A stretch of DNA of 59,115 nucleotides, counting the filler, from Platydemus manokwari (taxonomy: Eukaryota): NCBI GenBank assembly GCA_037951405.1. It is 6 parts of 6 records of this genome, joined end to end, with 100 filler letters (N's around TTAATTAATTAA, not from the genome) between each part and the next. Parts side by side here need not be neighbours in the genome. Positions count along the whole stretch, not along the records: positions 20,126 to 28,856 come from JBBMOY011358427.1; positions 28,957 to 37,827 come from JBBMOY011336539.1; positions 37,928 to 49,634 come from JBBMOY010506664.1; 3 more parts are not named here. The stretch is one strand, 5' to 3'. The position numbers were made by a program, and so were the translations under genes. The notes under the pieces were generated by a model. That model worked only from the letters and a program-made list of their open reading frames with translations, searched no databases and was not told where the DNA came from. The stretch's first letter is position 1, and every line of letters begins with the position of its first letter. This document shows, one piece after another, positions 24,601 to 38,250 of the stretch.

Positions 24601-25385
24601 GTGTGATTGCTCTTCTAACTCGGACCCACCATGTTTGCGTGCATGTTTGTTTGATTGCGGGTCTACTTGTCCATTTAGCCATTTTAATGATTGGTTTGTT
24701 GTTGCGTTTTTTGTTCGGAGACGAGGACTAGCTGCAAACCTCAGTGAATTTCTAATCAGTTCAGCGACACTTTCATCTCACGAGTTTAAAAGCTTGAATG
24801 GTTGTATAATTTGTTGGAGATTGTACTTGTCATACAAATCTCGAAGTCCTGCGCCTCCGTTTTTCGATGATACATAGAGATAGCAGTTTTGTGATTGGTT
24901 CGGTACTGCTCCAATTTCCTTTATGATTTTTCGAAGCTTTGTACTTGAGTTTCCGAGTCTTGTGTTATTTTGTTAATTCGATGGTTCTTGTAAAACATTT
25001 CTCTATTTCCCGAGTTCGAAATGGAAATGTTAGTCTTGGAAGGAGGAATGTTTTGACTGCTTTTAATTTCTGATGTTTGTGGAGTTCCGATGCATTTATT
25101 GCGTTTGCATTGTCGATGAATTGTTTGATGATTTTGTATGGATTTTGATCTACTTTGTCTCTAACAGGAACCCCAAGGTAGTCAAAGAATTGCCCAGGTT
25201 CAAGTTTTTGAATGAACTTGCCATCAATTGAGATTCTGCTAGTTTTTGATTTATCGTCCGGTATTGTTATGTTATTTTGATGGCTGAAATTGCAGATTGA
25301 TTTGTTTAGCAGCTTCACTAGCTATATTGAGAAGTGCTTGCAGGTCTTTGGCACTTTTTGCAACAATAGCTAGATCATCATCATA
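24601..25385 (-). mobile_element. R2/NeSL-like (RLE-type) non-LTR retrotransposon RT/thumb remnant
   Basis: YDDDLAIVAKSAKDLQALL (YADD box), FDYLGVP, LHKHQKLKAVKTFLLPRLTF, YLYVSSKNGGAGL. Confidence 0.8.
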
Positions 25386-26422
25386 AAAATGTATTATTGC
25401 AAATTTTTATCATAGGAGTTAATCTCTGTGAACTCTATTTTTACTAGAATTAAAATTTAGTAAAGCAAAAATCATAAAGCATTTTTGTTAATATTATTAT
25501 AATGAGAACTCTAAATATAAAAGTTGTTTCGTTTTTCATTGACTCCCCTAAAACTCCATATTTTTGTTACATATCATTGTAATTTCTTTGAAATTCGCTT
25601 TTATATATCTGTCAAATTTTCAATCTTTGGATATGTTGTTGACAATTTCAATAAATGCATTGTGAATTGATATTCAGTTTTAAGGATATTAATTCTTTGA
25701 TTTTGTAAATAACTTAGAAAAATCTTTATATTCTCAAACTATCTACCAGTCCTTCAACTGCTTTAATAATCTCCTAATGTATAATTTATTTTAAATGTTC
25801 TTTTGTCGAAGAAAGCTTTCCATTTCAGTTGATATTTTTAAACCATTTATAGCGCCTTCTATATCATTGGGAAGTATTATATTCCTCTCTTTATATTCAC
25901 AATTTGGGGATGTTAAATTTTCCTTCAAATATTTTTCAACATTCCCCATTTTTTATTATTTCTTTCCTTTAGTTTTTATTTCTGAATCTTCTTTTCTTTT
26001 TTTCTTAATAATTCTATTTCTTCTTGAATAAATGAGGCATCCAAAAATTCTTTATTGTCATTTTTAATTTTTTCACAATACTCTTCATTTTTCTCTTTAT
26101 TGTCGCCCCCAACAAATTCATTGATGTCTTCTAATAAATTGGATAGTCAGATTGGGATCCGAATTCTTCGATCTTCTGATTGTGTTCTATTCATGATAAA
26201 ATTCTATCAATCAAATTTTCTTATTTAAATTATAAATTAAATATTGTACTAAATCAAAAATTTTAAAAATGAATTTGTGTATTTACCTTTTCTTTTTATA
26301 TGGATCCCTATGATTTTTCAGAAATTAAAAAAACCCAACAATAAATTTATTGGTGTTTATGGTTTACCGAAAAAAATTTTTTTTCCAAATTTAATTAATC
26401 ATTTTCCGTATAAATAATATTA

Positions 26423-26424
26423 TG

Positions 26425-26472
<48 letters not shown>
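26423..26472. repeat. (AAT)n microsatellite
   Basis: Directly visible. Confidence 0.95.
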
Positions 26473-27327
26473 TACTCGAATAAAAATTTTCAAGTTATCA
26501 AAGACAACTATAATCAAGACTGATTGATAAGTCAAAAGTCGAATGTCGCTGGTGCTTGAGAAGCACTCTTTACAATGATTAGGTTTTTCTCCACTTTGCA
26601 AAGCTTTTAAAATTCTCAAAAATTCTTTTATTAAACCAATTTATTATTAATGATTTTTCTCTCGCTACATTTTCCTGAAAACACATTTTGAGCTTATATT
26701 TACAAATGTAACTCGTTCATCATTCAGCTTGTGTAATTATTGGTTTGGACATGTCATTGCCGATGGCAAACACCATATTTGTGTTCATAAAATATTTGGA
26801 TAAATATTTTCCAAACGATTTAAACAATAAAATGATAACTGCGTTCACTATTTCAGTCATAATTATGGTAGCAAGGATAGATCGATTGTTTTAATTATTC
26901 ATTGTGATACATTGTTATTGAGTTGAATGGGTTTCTATTAATAATAATTACAATCCCCACATTGTCATAAATACCACAATGTATTCAATGAGCTATTAGT
27001 AAGAGTAACTATAACAATGAAAAATTGCCCCTTTATAGAGGTAACCAAGTCTAGTACCATTGTGTATGTATAGAATTAATTGAGTAGATAAACAAAATTA
27101 AAGTTGAAATGGGACATGAATCTAGTTATCGCATGATGATGGAGAAACCACGTTTAATCAAGTAAAATGGATTATGTATAACCTTTGTGATAACCGCTTT
27201 TTATATTTGTTGGCCAAAACTCCATCATTTAAAAATTGAAAATCGTTTTGAATCAACCATGCCAAGTTTTTGAATTTAATTAGAATATATTTAGCAAAAA
27301 CCTATATTTTAAACTAATTAAAATATT

Positions 27328-27790
27328 GGATAAAGTTAGAAATGAGGTTTTAAAATAAAATTTTAAATTTGTTGAATGTATTGCAAAAATCTAAATAGTT
27401 AATTAGATTATATTCATTAACGAATTTTCGAATTTTTTATTTAAAGACTTCTGAAGAATTTTAGTTGTTTAAAATCAACAGTAATTGAAAATCAACGAAA
27501 ATTTTAATATTTGAAATAGGAGCAAATTAAGTAAAATTTTAATTTATTATAAATTATACTAGAAGCAGATTGAGACAAACTATAAATTTTTACAATTATT
27601 TGATAAAAAAAAAGTAATACTGGAATATTAAACAGGCCACGAGTTGCCCAAATTAATTTATATTTAAAGAAATTTAAATTTACAAAATCAAAAAATGATG
27701 TAAAAGAGCAGTAATTGGTTTCAAATTCTACTTACTTCCTATTCGACATCATAAAATGTGGGATATCAATAATTAAATCAATTTTCACAA
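27328..27790 (+). mobile_element. GGC-ended MITE family copy 2 (degraded)
   Basis: GGATAAAGTTAGAAATGAGG..AAAATAAAATTTTAAATTTGTTGAATGTATTGCAAAAATCTAAATAGTT; internal blocks align with the 33847 copy. Confidence 0.7.
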
Positions 27791-28856
27791 AGCAATAAAA
27801 AGTAATTAATTAAAAAATTAATTTTTATAAAAAATTTAATGATTTCTTGATATTTTTTCTTTTCTGTTTCAAAGTCGTAATGCGACAATCCTAGGGAAAA
27901 ATATTGTAAGGTAAATGTATAAATTAAAGTATTACTTTATATTTTAAACATTGAATTGAATTTAAGTTGTGATTGTTTTTTCTTATAGAATTTCGCAGTT
28001 TTTTCTCTTTTTTTAATTTAAATTTGAATTTTAAGTAAAAATATGATACAAATATCATTATAAATAAATTTTGAAATTTAATCATTAAATTAAAATTAGG
28101 CCACAAGATCCTCTTGCTTAATTTAAGCCAAAATATTTCCCATCGAGTTGTTAATAATGGACATCTTGATATGGAATCTAAATATTCATATAAGTAAATA
28201 TCAAGATGCATTTTTGAAATTATCCAAAACTTATTCCATAATCATTTATTTAAAAAATCATTAAAATTATTTAAAAATTATTCCACTTAAAACTTCATTA
28301 ACTTTTTAATTTCTTACAATATGATTGGTGGAATTTTTGGTTTATTTCTCAATTTTCCAATTTCTATTAATTTAATTTATAACGAAATTGATAAAGTCAA
28401 TTGCATCGTTTAAATCTAATATTTATTGTAAAAATATTTATAAAAAATGTCGTTATCGTTTCATTCAAGTCGTCAATGTGGAACAGACTGAATTTCATGT
28501 GGAACGCCAAAAAATAAACATAAAAAAATATTATATTATATTATTGATATTAATAATTTTTGTATACTCAGATTAGTTGTGTCAATATTAGTTAATCTGT
28601 TAGTTGAAAACAATTGTAGTAATCCGTAATATTAAGAGGAACTGAAAAGAATTAATTAAAACCTCTAATTTAACAAGTAAATACTAGCAATGACTCATAT
28701 TAGATTCACCAATCAAAATTAGTCTAACTTAGAATAGCCTAATCTTTATCTTTTTTCTAAATTGTAACCGACCAATTTTGTTTTATTATTGGGTGTATAA
28801 CCTTAAAATTTCGATTTGATAAAAGATGTCGCTGGGAGTATTGCTTGCATATAATG

Positions 28857-28956
28857 NNNNNNNNNNNNNNNNNNNNNNNNNNNNNNNNNNNNNNNNNNNN
28901 TTAATTAATTAANNNNNNNNNNNNNNNNNNNNNNNNNNNNNNNNNNNNNNNNNNNN
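28857..28956. other. Artificial contig spacer
   Basis: N44-TTAATTAATTAA-N44. Confidence 0.98.

Positions 28957-29030
<74 letters not shown>
28957..29030. repeat. (AAT)n microsatellite at contig start
   Basis: Directly visible; a likely cause of the assembly break. Confidence 0.95.
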
Positions 29031-29031
<1 letters not shown>

Positions 29032-32000
29032 CCCCTTTAAGTATCAGTGAAATCAAGCCGAACATAAAAGTTTCGCAGATTCTGGATAAAAGAGAAATAT
29101 GTCCAAATTCATTGAGGTAAAAGGTCGAGTCCACCCAAGTGGACAAAACTTTCAAATAACTTTGTGAGACGTCAAAAACTAATCTGACTTTAAATTTTTA
29201 ACTGATTTCACCATCAATTGTGTAAATCAAAAGAATTAATTTTTCTAATTGCATTAAATATATTTTTATAACTTACAATAGACATATAAAATCTATAAAA
29301 AAGATAAAAATTAATAATTTATGAAATTAAAAATATAGCGAAAATTAATTATTTCATTAAAAAAGTTGCCAACTTTTCAATTACATTGATAAATATTTTA
29401 AACAAAAAGATAAAAAAAATTTAACAAATAAATAGCAAAGCTGTCGAAATAATTTTATCAGGTATCTGAAAGAAATTGAAGTTACAAAATCATTAATCAA
29501 AAAAATTATTTAAAATTATATAATCAAAAAATATTATTTATAATTATTAATTGGAAATTATTGGCCATTATTAAAATTTTAAAAACAGTACGAATTCAAA
29601 TGAATTTTCAAGAGAAGACCAAAAAGAATTCGAAGCATGTGAAGTGTGGTGAACTCATTTATAAACTCATTTGTAACATTTTAATATATTTAGTTAATAA
29701 TTCAAGGTATTGAATAACTTGATTATTGACAGGGTTTTTATTTATTTCGAACTTACCTGTTAACTTAATCAATATCACAGTGTGAGTAGTCAGATAACAT
29801 GAAATAATCAGTGGTGGTCTTCCATATATAATCCTTGTGTGTATGGGCGAGTCGTAATCTCATGATTGCCATCTTTTATCATCTCCACTAATTGTAATAA
29901 TTTATCAGAAAAATATTTGAAGTTTTAAATTCAAAAAATTATTTCTTGAATAATTTTATAATCATAAAATTATTATAAAATTATCATAAAATTATTATAA
30001 ATATTTTTTGTTTTTTTTTCCAAAAAAGTAATATCTAAGGAAACAAAACTACTCGACAACGGTGACCATTTATTAAACGAATTAAAATCTTTATTGAACT
30101 CTTATTTAGATAAATAAAACACATTAACTTTATTTTAGTTAGCGCTTTGAAAATAAATTATCCCATATTCAATATTCATTTACCCATTAAAGCAACCGGG
30201 AAGAGCATTAGCATATAAACGAAAAATAATGAATGACAAAAAACAAATGAGATTTTTTTACGTTTACAGGGCAAATATGATCAATAGTGTGACAGATATT
30301 ATAAGTTTCAAAACATTTAGTTTTTTTTTCTTTTGTAGCTTATGATTATTAATGCTTAGATCGGAAATATTCACTGTGGATTTCAAAAAATCTGGCGATT
30401 TACATAAAACATTCTGTGTATATTATTTGGAAATTGAAATTTATTTAAATTATGAGATGTAAAAGGAAAATGTAAAAAAAATATGTTAAAGACGTTTTTA
30501 CAAAATAAAAACTCGTTTAATGCTCCTTTCTTCAAGCATTTTACACAAAGATAATTTGCTTATTTTCCAGATTTGATAATCTTGCAAAAGAAACCCATAA
30601 ATAGATATTGCTAGATATTCACCATATATATATATATTTCGTGAAAGTATCTTTAAGCCCATTAATTTAAATTATCAACAGGAAATTAGTGGAGTTAAGA
30701 AATGAAAAAAGAGTCTATATTTTGGAGAGTCTTTCTTCAATCCAATTATCATTGTTGAAAATTAAATTTTCAAAAATACGTTTTCAAAAAATTTCGTGTT
30801 TGTAAAAAGAAATTATGTTTTTCACTGGATATTTCTTTATGTCTCGGGGACTTTTTTTTACCCAAGTGTAAACGTGATTTCACACTAATAAAATTTTCCA
30901 AATTACCCAGAAGCTGTGACTGTTTTTCTTACATTCACAACACAGAATAACTTGAAATAGGCCTCTATTATTTACAAATATATGTATTGCAATAAATTTT
31001 ACTTATTTTGATTATTGATTATTCGATTAGTGTGCATCGGAATCAACTTCAACAGCGCAACGACGTTAAAGGAATACGAAGATCGTCTTTATCGAAGGAA
31101 ACTGTGTTGATGTTTCCCATCTTTTTGAAATTTTTTGATTTATTGTACACCTTTAAAAAATGTCTTATTATCTGCAATTCTCCAACCCGTTAAATTGCGA
31201 ATAACTTTTGATAAAAGATTGTTCATTGATATAAAACTGATTACCAACTGCGGTATAGTTAGCTGTTTCGTTAATGAGTATTCTGAAAATCTCCTATAGG
31301 GAATGAAATCCATTGAAATGGTGACAAAATATGCAATAGAGAATGACGAGCACCTGGAATTTAGGTATTGTTCCCTCTTCTAGTGGAAATCTAGTAATAT
31401 CTTTCACAATACCCAAATGTTCATAAGCATTAACTAGAAGTTCATTACTACATACCTCGTTATTCATTAACTTCATTGAGATATTTTTGATTCTTTAACT
31501 AGTTAAATCTACTCCTAATACTCTGGAGAATGTACCGCTTTTGCAGCCAACATTTTTGCTCAAGTTTCACAACATAATTGTGAACGTAGTTTCATTCTTT
31601 TTCAATTTTGCCTCTGAAATGCAGAGATCCCAGAGTTTGTTTGATAACTTGATTTTCTTCATTACCTTTGGACTGCTTGATACTAGAACTACGGTGGCTT
31701 TTTAAAACATCACTAGAATGATCATTTTACTATTTTTCACTACTCTGTCTGAAATCGAAGAATTAATTCATTTGCACTTTCACATCAAACTTATATTTCA
31801 TTTGATTCAAGAAATGTCATATAATTAGGAAATACAATATGTCACATTACACTGGCATAGATTCATGTGTTTCACACATTTGTACTTCGTATTACATAAT
31901 GGATGAGTTTGTATTTGTCTTGGAATTTAATAGAAAACATCTACATATTGTTTTCTTTCCTTCCACTTATATGTTTTGTCTACTGTCGGCATGAAATTTT

Positions 32001-33846
32001 CCGCGATTCTCAATTATGTTCATCAAAGCTCATTTATTATTACTTTTACAATAATAGATTCTCTCATAAATATCCAAAGTTTTACTTTTCATTTTAATTC
32101 TTCAGTCTAAAAAGCACTTTTGTATTACTCAATGTATTCTTCTGTTAGCAGCGATATCATTTGATTCAAGATAAATCCATTGTGTCAACTGAACGATAAT
32201 TTGTTCTGATTTTCGTTTTAGATCAGTAGATAGAAGTTAAGGTTCAAACATGAAAATCAAATTCAAAAATAATTAGCATAATGATAAAAGAAATAAAGCT
32301 CCATATGTTCAAAGAAGAATTCTTTGTCTCTGCTCTTTTGCATCTTTCATGCTATTGAGTCGTTGTCGATAAGACTTGATTTTTATCTTTTCTGTTTCAA
32401 TAAATTCTTAATTTGCTGGTTTAATGGTTGAATTATTTTCTTCGTTCATTAGGCAGTATCATTGTTGAAGTATCGTTATTTGTTACTTCTTTTAACCTCT
32501 TCATCTAATGGCTCTTCTAATTTTAGTATTTTAATTAATTCGAGAGTCTATTTTTTACAATACATTTCCATTCACATTATATTTACCTTCTAAGAAAGAA
32601 TTTCATAATTTATTTGACAATCATCGTACTCCAATTTTTTATTTTTGCCATATCCTAGCAATTATTATTTATATTTATCTCTAATCTTTTGGATTCCATT
32701 CCAGCGGTACTTTAAAGTATTCTAAAAATATTCATTTTCTGGTATGTTGATTTATAAAATAATTATCATATTTAATTAAATAACTAGGTGGAGCACTTTC
32801 TCTGGAAATCTGATGTCTGATATCGACAACATTTATTTATACATCTTGCTTTTCCACTAGCCTTACAATGAAATTTTTGTAATTTTCATAATCAGCCAAA
32901 CTTAGCTTTGCACTAATATGATAGTAAAAGCATTTAAGGAATTGTTCTTTTACAGCATTTCTGGGATTGTGTTGGTTACTGAGCTTTAGTACCAAAAGCT
33001 TTTCAGCAAACGTCTATATGTTAAATGCAAATTCTCTTACTGCATCTAAAGGCTTCATCAATTCTAGAGAAAACATGTCTCGACTTGACTGATGAACTCT
33101 TAAGAAAGAGCAACTTTGGTTGGCATTTGATTACGCAATACCACTTGATTTATATTTTGAACTGTTAGGTGGAATTGTGCTATTTGAGTAAAGAGATGAA
33201 GTGAGGAGAGGACAGCATGTTTCACAAAGGGATTTAATCTGTATCCATATAGAATAATGAAATATTTGGAAAAAAAACATTTGTGAGAATGATTTTAAAA
33301 CCAAGAGCAATTAGGGTTGATTGATACAAATATATTTTCTCATTCAGCTGTTGTAAGTAATATCTACAAGTAATTATTAGAAAAAAATTCCCCATCGCGA
33401 ATTCATGATGGCTATCAAATAGCAAAATTCCAGTGCGAATCAATTTTACTCAATTTAGGAAAAAATATATATAATATCTATTTCTTTAGTTGTTATGACA
33501 GAGAATTGTCTACTGTTTGATTTATTAAGCCAGAAGTTTTCTTTCCATCAAAATGATATCAATAATATCAAAATGACACAAATTGATATTTGTATCATGA
33601 TGTGAAAGAATTTTGACAATTTAAAACGTTGAAAATTCAAAACCGATATGATTTTTTATCGAATTTTGTGAATGTGAAATTATTTTGTCTAAATTTTGAA
33701 AAGGAGTTCTTTGATCTTATTTCGTTACATTAAATCTCCCAATAGGATTTGATTTGTTATGTAATTTTAAATATATTTGAAGTTAAAATTTAATTTTATA
33801 CAAAAGTTAATTTTAAATTTAAATTAATAAACGGTTATTATGAATT

Positions 33847-34428
33847 GATCTTAAGTTTCGAAAAAAAGATTCCTAAAATAAAAATTTAAATTTGTTGAGT
33901 GCATTGCAAAAATCTCTATCTAGTTTATAAGATTATATTCTTTAAAAAAACATTTTGAATTTTTTATTGAAGCACTTAAGAAGAATTTAGTTGTTTGAAA
34001 TCAAAAAATCAAATATTAAATACACTAGAGCTTCAAAATCCGATAAAATTGATTATATGAAAAGGAGATCAAAGTAGGTCAAATTTCAATGAACAAGAAC
34101 CCCTATTTTTGACATTAGACACCAATTTAGTAATACTTGCAATTCTTACAATTATCTTATAAAAATAACCAATGATATTATTAAACATATCTGTAAGATA
34201 ACTAACTCGATTTATAATTATAAAAATTTAAATTTAAAAACTCAAATTATCATATAGAAGTGTTGTGATTAGAATAGAACCTTGTTTTAAAAATTATGTT
34301 TTGCTCATATTAGACACCTATAAAAATGAGATATTAACTGAATTATATGAATAAGTAAAACATAGCAATTATATATATACTTCATTATTACGAAAGTAGA
34401 TTAAGGGACTCCTTTTTTAACATAAGCC
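33847..34428 (+). mobile_element. GGC-ended MITE family copy 3 (near full length, ~580 bp)
   Basis: Shared core TTTGTTGAGTGCATTGCAAAAATCT; ends TTACGAAAGTAGATTAAGGGACTCCTTTTTTAACATAAGCC. Confidence 0.75.
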
Positions 34429-37016
34429 GTAAATTGTATCACAATTGGGCTTTATTATCCTATGAGTAAATGTATCTGTGTTCTGGAATAACAAAACACT
34501 TTGAAAAGTTATTGAAAGATTGTTTTAAAATCTCCATAACTCACATAAAATATGAATCCTGGCCTGATTCGTTAAATGATGATTTCATTTCTATTTTGCC
34601 ATTATGACTAAATATGATTTTTGAACTTGACATAAGAAGCAATCGTTCTATCGACAAATATTGACAAATAATTCGAAATTTTTTGTTTAATTTTGAAAAA
34701 CGTTAAAATAATTTTATGAGATTTGAGTTCCTTTTGGAGGCATTTTGATGACTTTATTTTTATGTATCTCTCTTGTAAAAATAATAATGTTAAATATTTT
34801 AGAAATGGAACAGAATCGTTAAACGATGTTCCTATTCTATTCACTACACTTTCCATATCTTTGTGGCATCTTTATTTATGTGATTATCTGAGCTTACATT
34901 GAATTTCTATAGTATTCCCATAACAAAAGTATTCTGCACGTACATCCGAATTTTTAATCCAAAATGTATATTTAGATATTCACATATCTATTCCAAATGT
35001 TGCGTTATCAAACAACAATTTAAATCTGAAAATCTGTATTAGCTAAAATAATAAAGCACAACAAATCTCTACGCAATTCACAAAGAAAATCATTCAAGAT
35101 GGATCAGCGCTCGAAAGTCAAAAAACCAAAGGAAGAGTCATCAAAAAGACTGATTACTGAAATCACACATAAGTTAAGCATTGAAGTTACCGACCAAAAA
35201 CGATTGGAAGATATTCCTGGAACTCAACCGCTTTTAGAGTCTTACCGAATGTGTCTGCTTGATATCACGGATCTTTGTTTTCATTTCACTGAATTTGTTT
35301 GTGATTCGCGATTTACATGAGATTTTCCTTAAACTTCTCGTGTCATTGGCGGATATTGGAGCTTGCTTCGGTTTGTGGGTATGCGCCTGTCAATTCTTGG
35401 CTTCTAAATATGGATTAACATTAGAATGAATCTGATTAGTTAATGGCACATGTGTTTATCTGGTTTATGTGTATTGACCCTTCTTATGGTTTTTCCTTGG
35501 TTCTGGTGACCCTTTTGATTGATTTGTGATATACCCAACATAAATTGTAAATCGACTTAACAAAATCATTTAAATAATTTAAACTTTTTCTTGGAAATTG
35601 TTGAAAAATTTATATTATTTTTGTCGTTGTAGAACAATAAAGATTGCGATTTTATCATACTGATGTCCAAGGACTTTTACTTAGTTTATAGAAATCTTTT
35701 TCAGACATATGGTAGCGAATTATAATACTGAGCAATACAAGCGGTAAGGGTCCTGATAGTAACAATATCCTTGGATTCCAAGAAAATTTTCTTCTTAATA
35801 TTATACTAAAAGCATTTCGCACAAAATTAAAATTTTCCAACAATTAAACAAAATAACTTATTTATAAAATTTATATCAATTTTCATGATCTCCAAGTTTA
35901 ACTTACATCTTTAATAAGAATTATATCTAGTCTAATTCAACCGAGGATTGGTATGTAATACGGAATAAGCTTAAAATTTTTACATTATAGTTTGGAAAAT
36001 TTTTGATCAACAGCATCACAATGAATAGAAAAATTTTCAGACAATACCTAGTATAATTTTGTCACCAATTTGGTCTAAATATTTATTTGGTACAAATGAT
36101 ATTGATTCCACCACGATACACTACATTTATACTTTTGAAGAGAATCGTCAAAGTAACTTCATTGTTTCTAATGTGATATTTTGATTAAAATATTTAAGAA
36201 TAATTTTTTTGAATCGAAAAACATAAATTGCTCAATTTCCGGTTTACAATATTGGTTAAATTTATTATAAATTCATAAAAACAACATGAAAAATCTCCGT
36301 AGAAAAAATCCATAATTCATTTTTTAATTTTATAATTTCAAGTTTTGAAATGAACTGAAGCAAAAATAGAAGTAATAATAATTTAAATATGTATAAGTAT
36401 GTATTCAAAACAAGTCGGTTACAAACAATAACGGATTCATTTTAAAAATAAAATTAACGGAATTTCAATCTTTAACCTAAATGATTTGTGAAAATTAATT
36501 AAATTTATTTTTATTATATTTATAGTTGAACTTGTCATATCAAAACATTTAATACATAAGCATCAAATATTAGCCATAATACGATATAAATTAGAAGTTC
36601 GAAATCACATTCGAAATTAAATAAGAAACAAAATTTTGTTATTAAACAATTTCCATTTTATAATGATTTGATGAAATAATTTATAAATAATAATAAATCA
36701 AATAATTCCGGGTGAAACAATCAAATAATTTATTTCAAAACTATGAAAAAAATGAAGCTCAGTTATAAATTTCTAAGTATTTAAGTTTAAATAAAAATTT
36801 ACATCTAAATTTTATAAATTTAGTTTCTAAATATAGTTTTTTCAAAATTATTTTAAATCGAGCTAAATTCATTATATTTCCAAAATCCATGACTTAATAT
36901 ATGCTAAATAAAAAATCGACCTACGTTTGTTATAATATATTATTTATCTTAACTTAATTATGATTATCATTTGAACTCATCTAAAGGACGATAAATTAAA
37001 ATTATCAAATATCATC

Positions 37017-37723
37017 ATGAATTTCAACGACCAAACAACTTTTCACCATTGTTTGAGTTTTCAGAATCTCAATTCAAATTCATGTTCTATAGGAAGTCCG
37101 AAAAAACATTTATATGGTTCAACGTTAAATATTGGAGATCAAAAATTGGCAAATCCATACTGTTTTCAGTCAATGCCGGGCTTGACAAATTCTCCAAACA
37201 GTTTAATACCAATGGACTTAGACGATGGAAATGATCTTGATTTAAAAGTGAATCAAAAAGTCCGTAAAAGACTTTCAAGTTTATTTGGAAAGGATTGGCA
37301 AAAAATATCAATCTTTACAAGTTATCGAGCAAAATTATCTTTTCAAACCAAAGTCTATAACTTTTTGGAACGTCCAACTGGTTGGAAATGTTTTCTTTAT
37401 CATTTCACAGTGTTAGAATTCAATTTTCTGGTCACTCTAATTTTAAATCTTAATTCAGATTCCTCATGGTCTTGGTCTGCTTGATTCTGAGTGTATTATC
37501 AACAGTAGAATATTACTCTGAAATAGCAATAGATTTGCTTTTTGTCATGGTGATTACAAATTCGAGAGAAAATTCTGTGATTTGTTTTATTTTTAGGAAA
37601 TGATTCTGTTATTTTTCTTCGGTACCGAATTCACAATTAGACTCTGGTCTGCTGGGTGTAGAAGCAAATTTCTTGGATTTAGCGGACGTTTGAAATTTAT
37701 CAAGAAACCGATTTCAGTTATTG
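37017..37723 (+). CDS. KCNQ1: KCNQ (Kv7) voltage-gated K+ channel, KCNQ1-like; N-terminus to S3, rest lost at gap
   Basis: Exons 37017-37411, 37459-37549, 37597-37723, in phase: [38 protein letters not shown]...[50 protein letters not shown] is KCNQ1-type. Confidence 0.93.
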
Positions 37724-37763
37724 GTAAATTAAATCACAATAATATGTATATTATATTAAATTA

Positions 37764-37765
<2 letters not shown>

Positions 37766-37822
<57 letters not shown>

Positions 37823-37827
37823 TATTA
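37766..37827. repeat. (ATT)n microsatellite at contig end
   Basis: Directly visible. Confidence 0.95.
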
Positions 37828-37927
37828 NNNNNNNNNNNNNNNNNNNNNNNNNNNNNNNNNNNNNNNNNNNNTTAATTAATTAANNNNNNNNNNNNNNNNN
37901 NNNNNNNNNNNNNNNNNNNNNNNNNNN
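37828..37927. other. Artificial contig spacer
   Basis: N44-TTAATTAATTAA-N44. Confidence 0.98.
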
Positions 37928-38198
37928 GTTAGTAATTAATAATAAAAAAATATAAATAAAACCAAGAGGATGAAATGCTATAACATAGTAATTATATAAT
38001 TTTTTACAAAATTACAAAAATTACAAAAATTTCTGATTTATTCAAATATATAAATACTCTAATACAAAATATTTAAAAATTCTTTAAAATTAAAAATAAA
38101 TCAAAATTATGTTTATGAGATTTAATAAATTCTAGATGCAAGATATCAATTTATTTTATTACACATGATTACCAAAACATACTTTAGAACGATACATG

Positions 38199-38250
38199 TT
38201 AATTAAGATGAACTAAGTTTATATATATAAACTTAGTTCATCTTAATTAA
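38199..38250. repeat. Perfect 52-bp palindrome
   Basis: TTAATTAAGATGAACTAAGTTTATATATATAAACTTAGTTCATCTTAATTAA equals its own reverse complement. Confidence 0.95.

Noticed and set aside
26640-27262. Hydrophobic minus-strand fragments suggesting a decayed receptor gene
   Set aside because: Too short and interrupted; hydrophobic translation is expected from AT-rich DNA.
28901-29155. ORFs with poly-Ile or poly-Tyr tails (also 26395-26619 and the tail of 37600-37875)
   Set aside because: They are translations of (AAT)n microsatellites and N runs.
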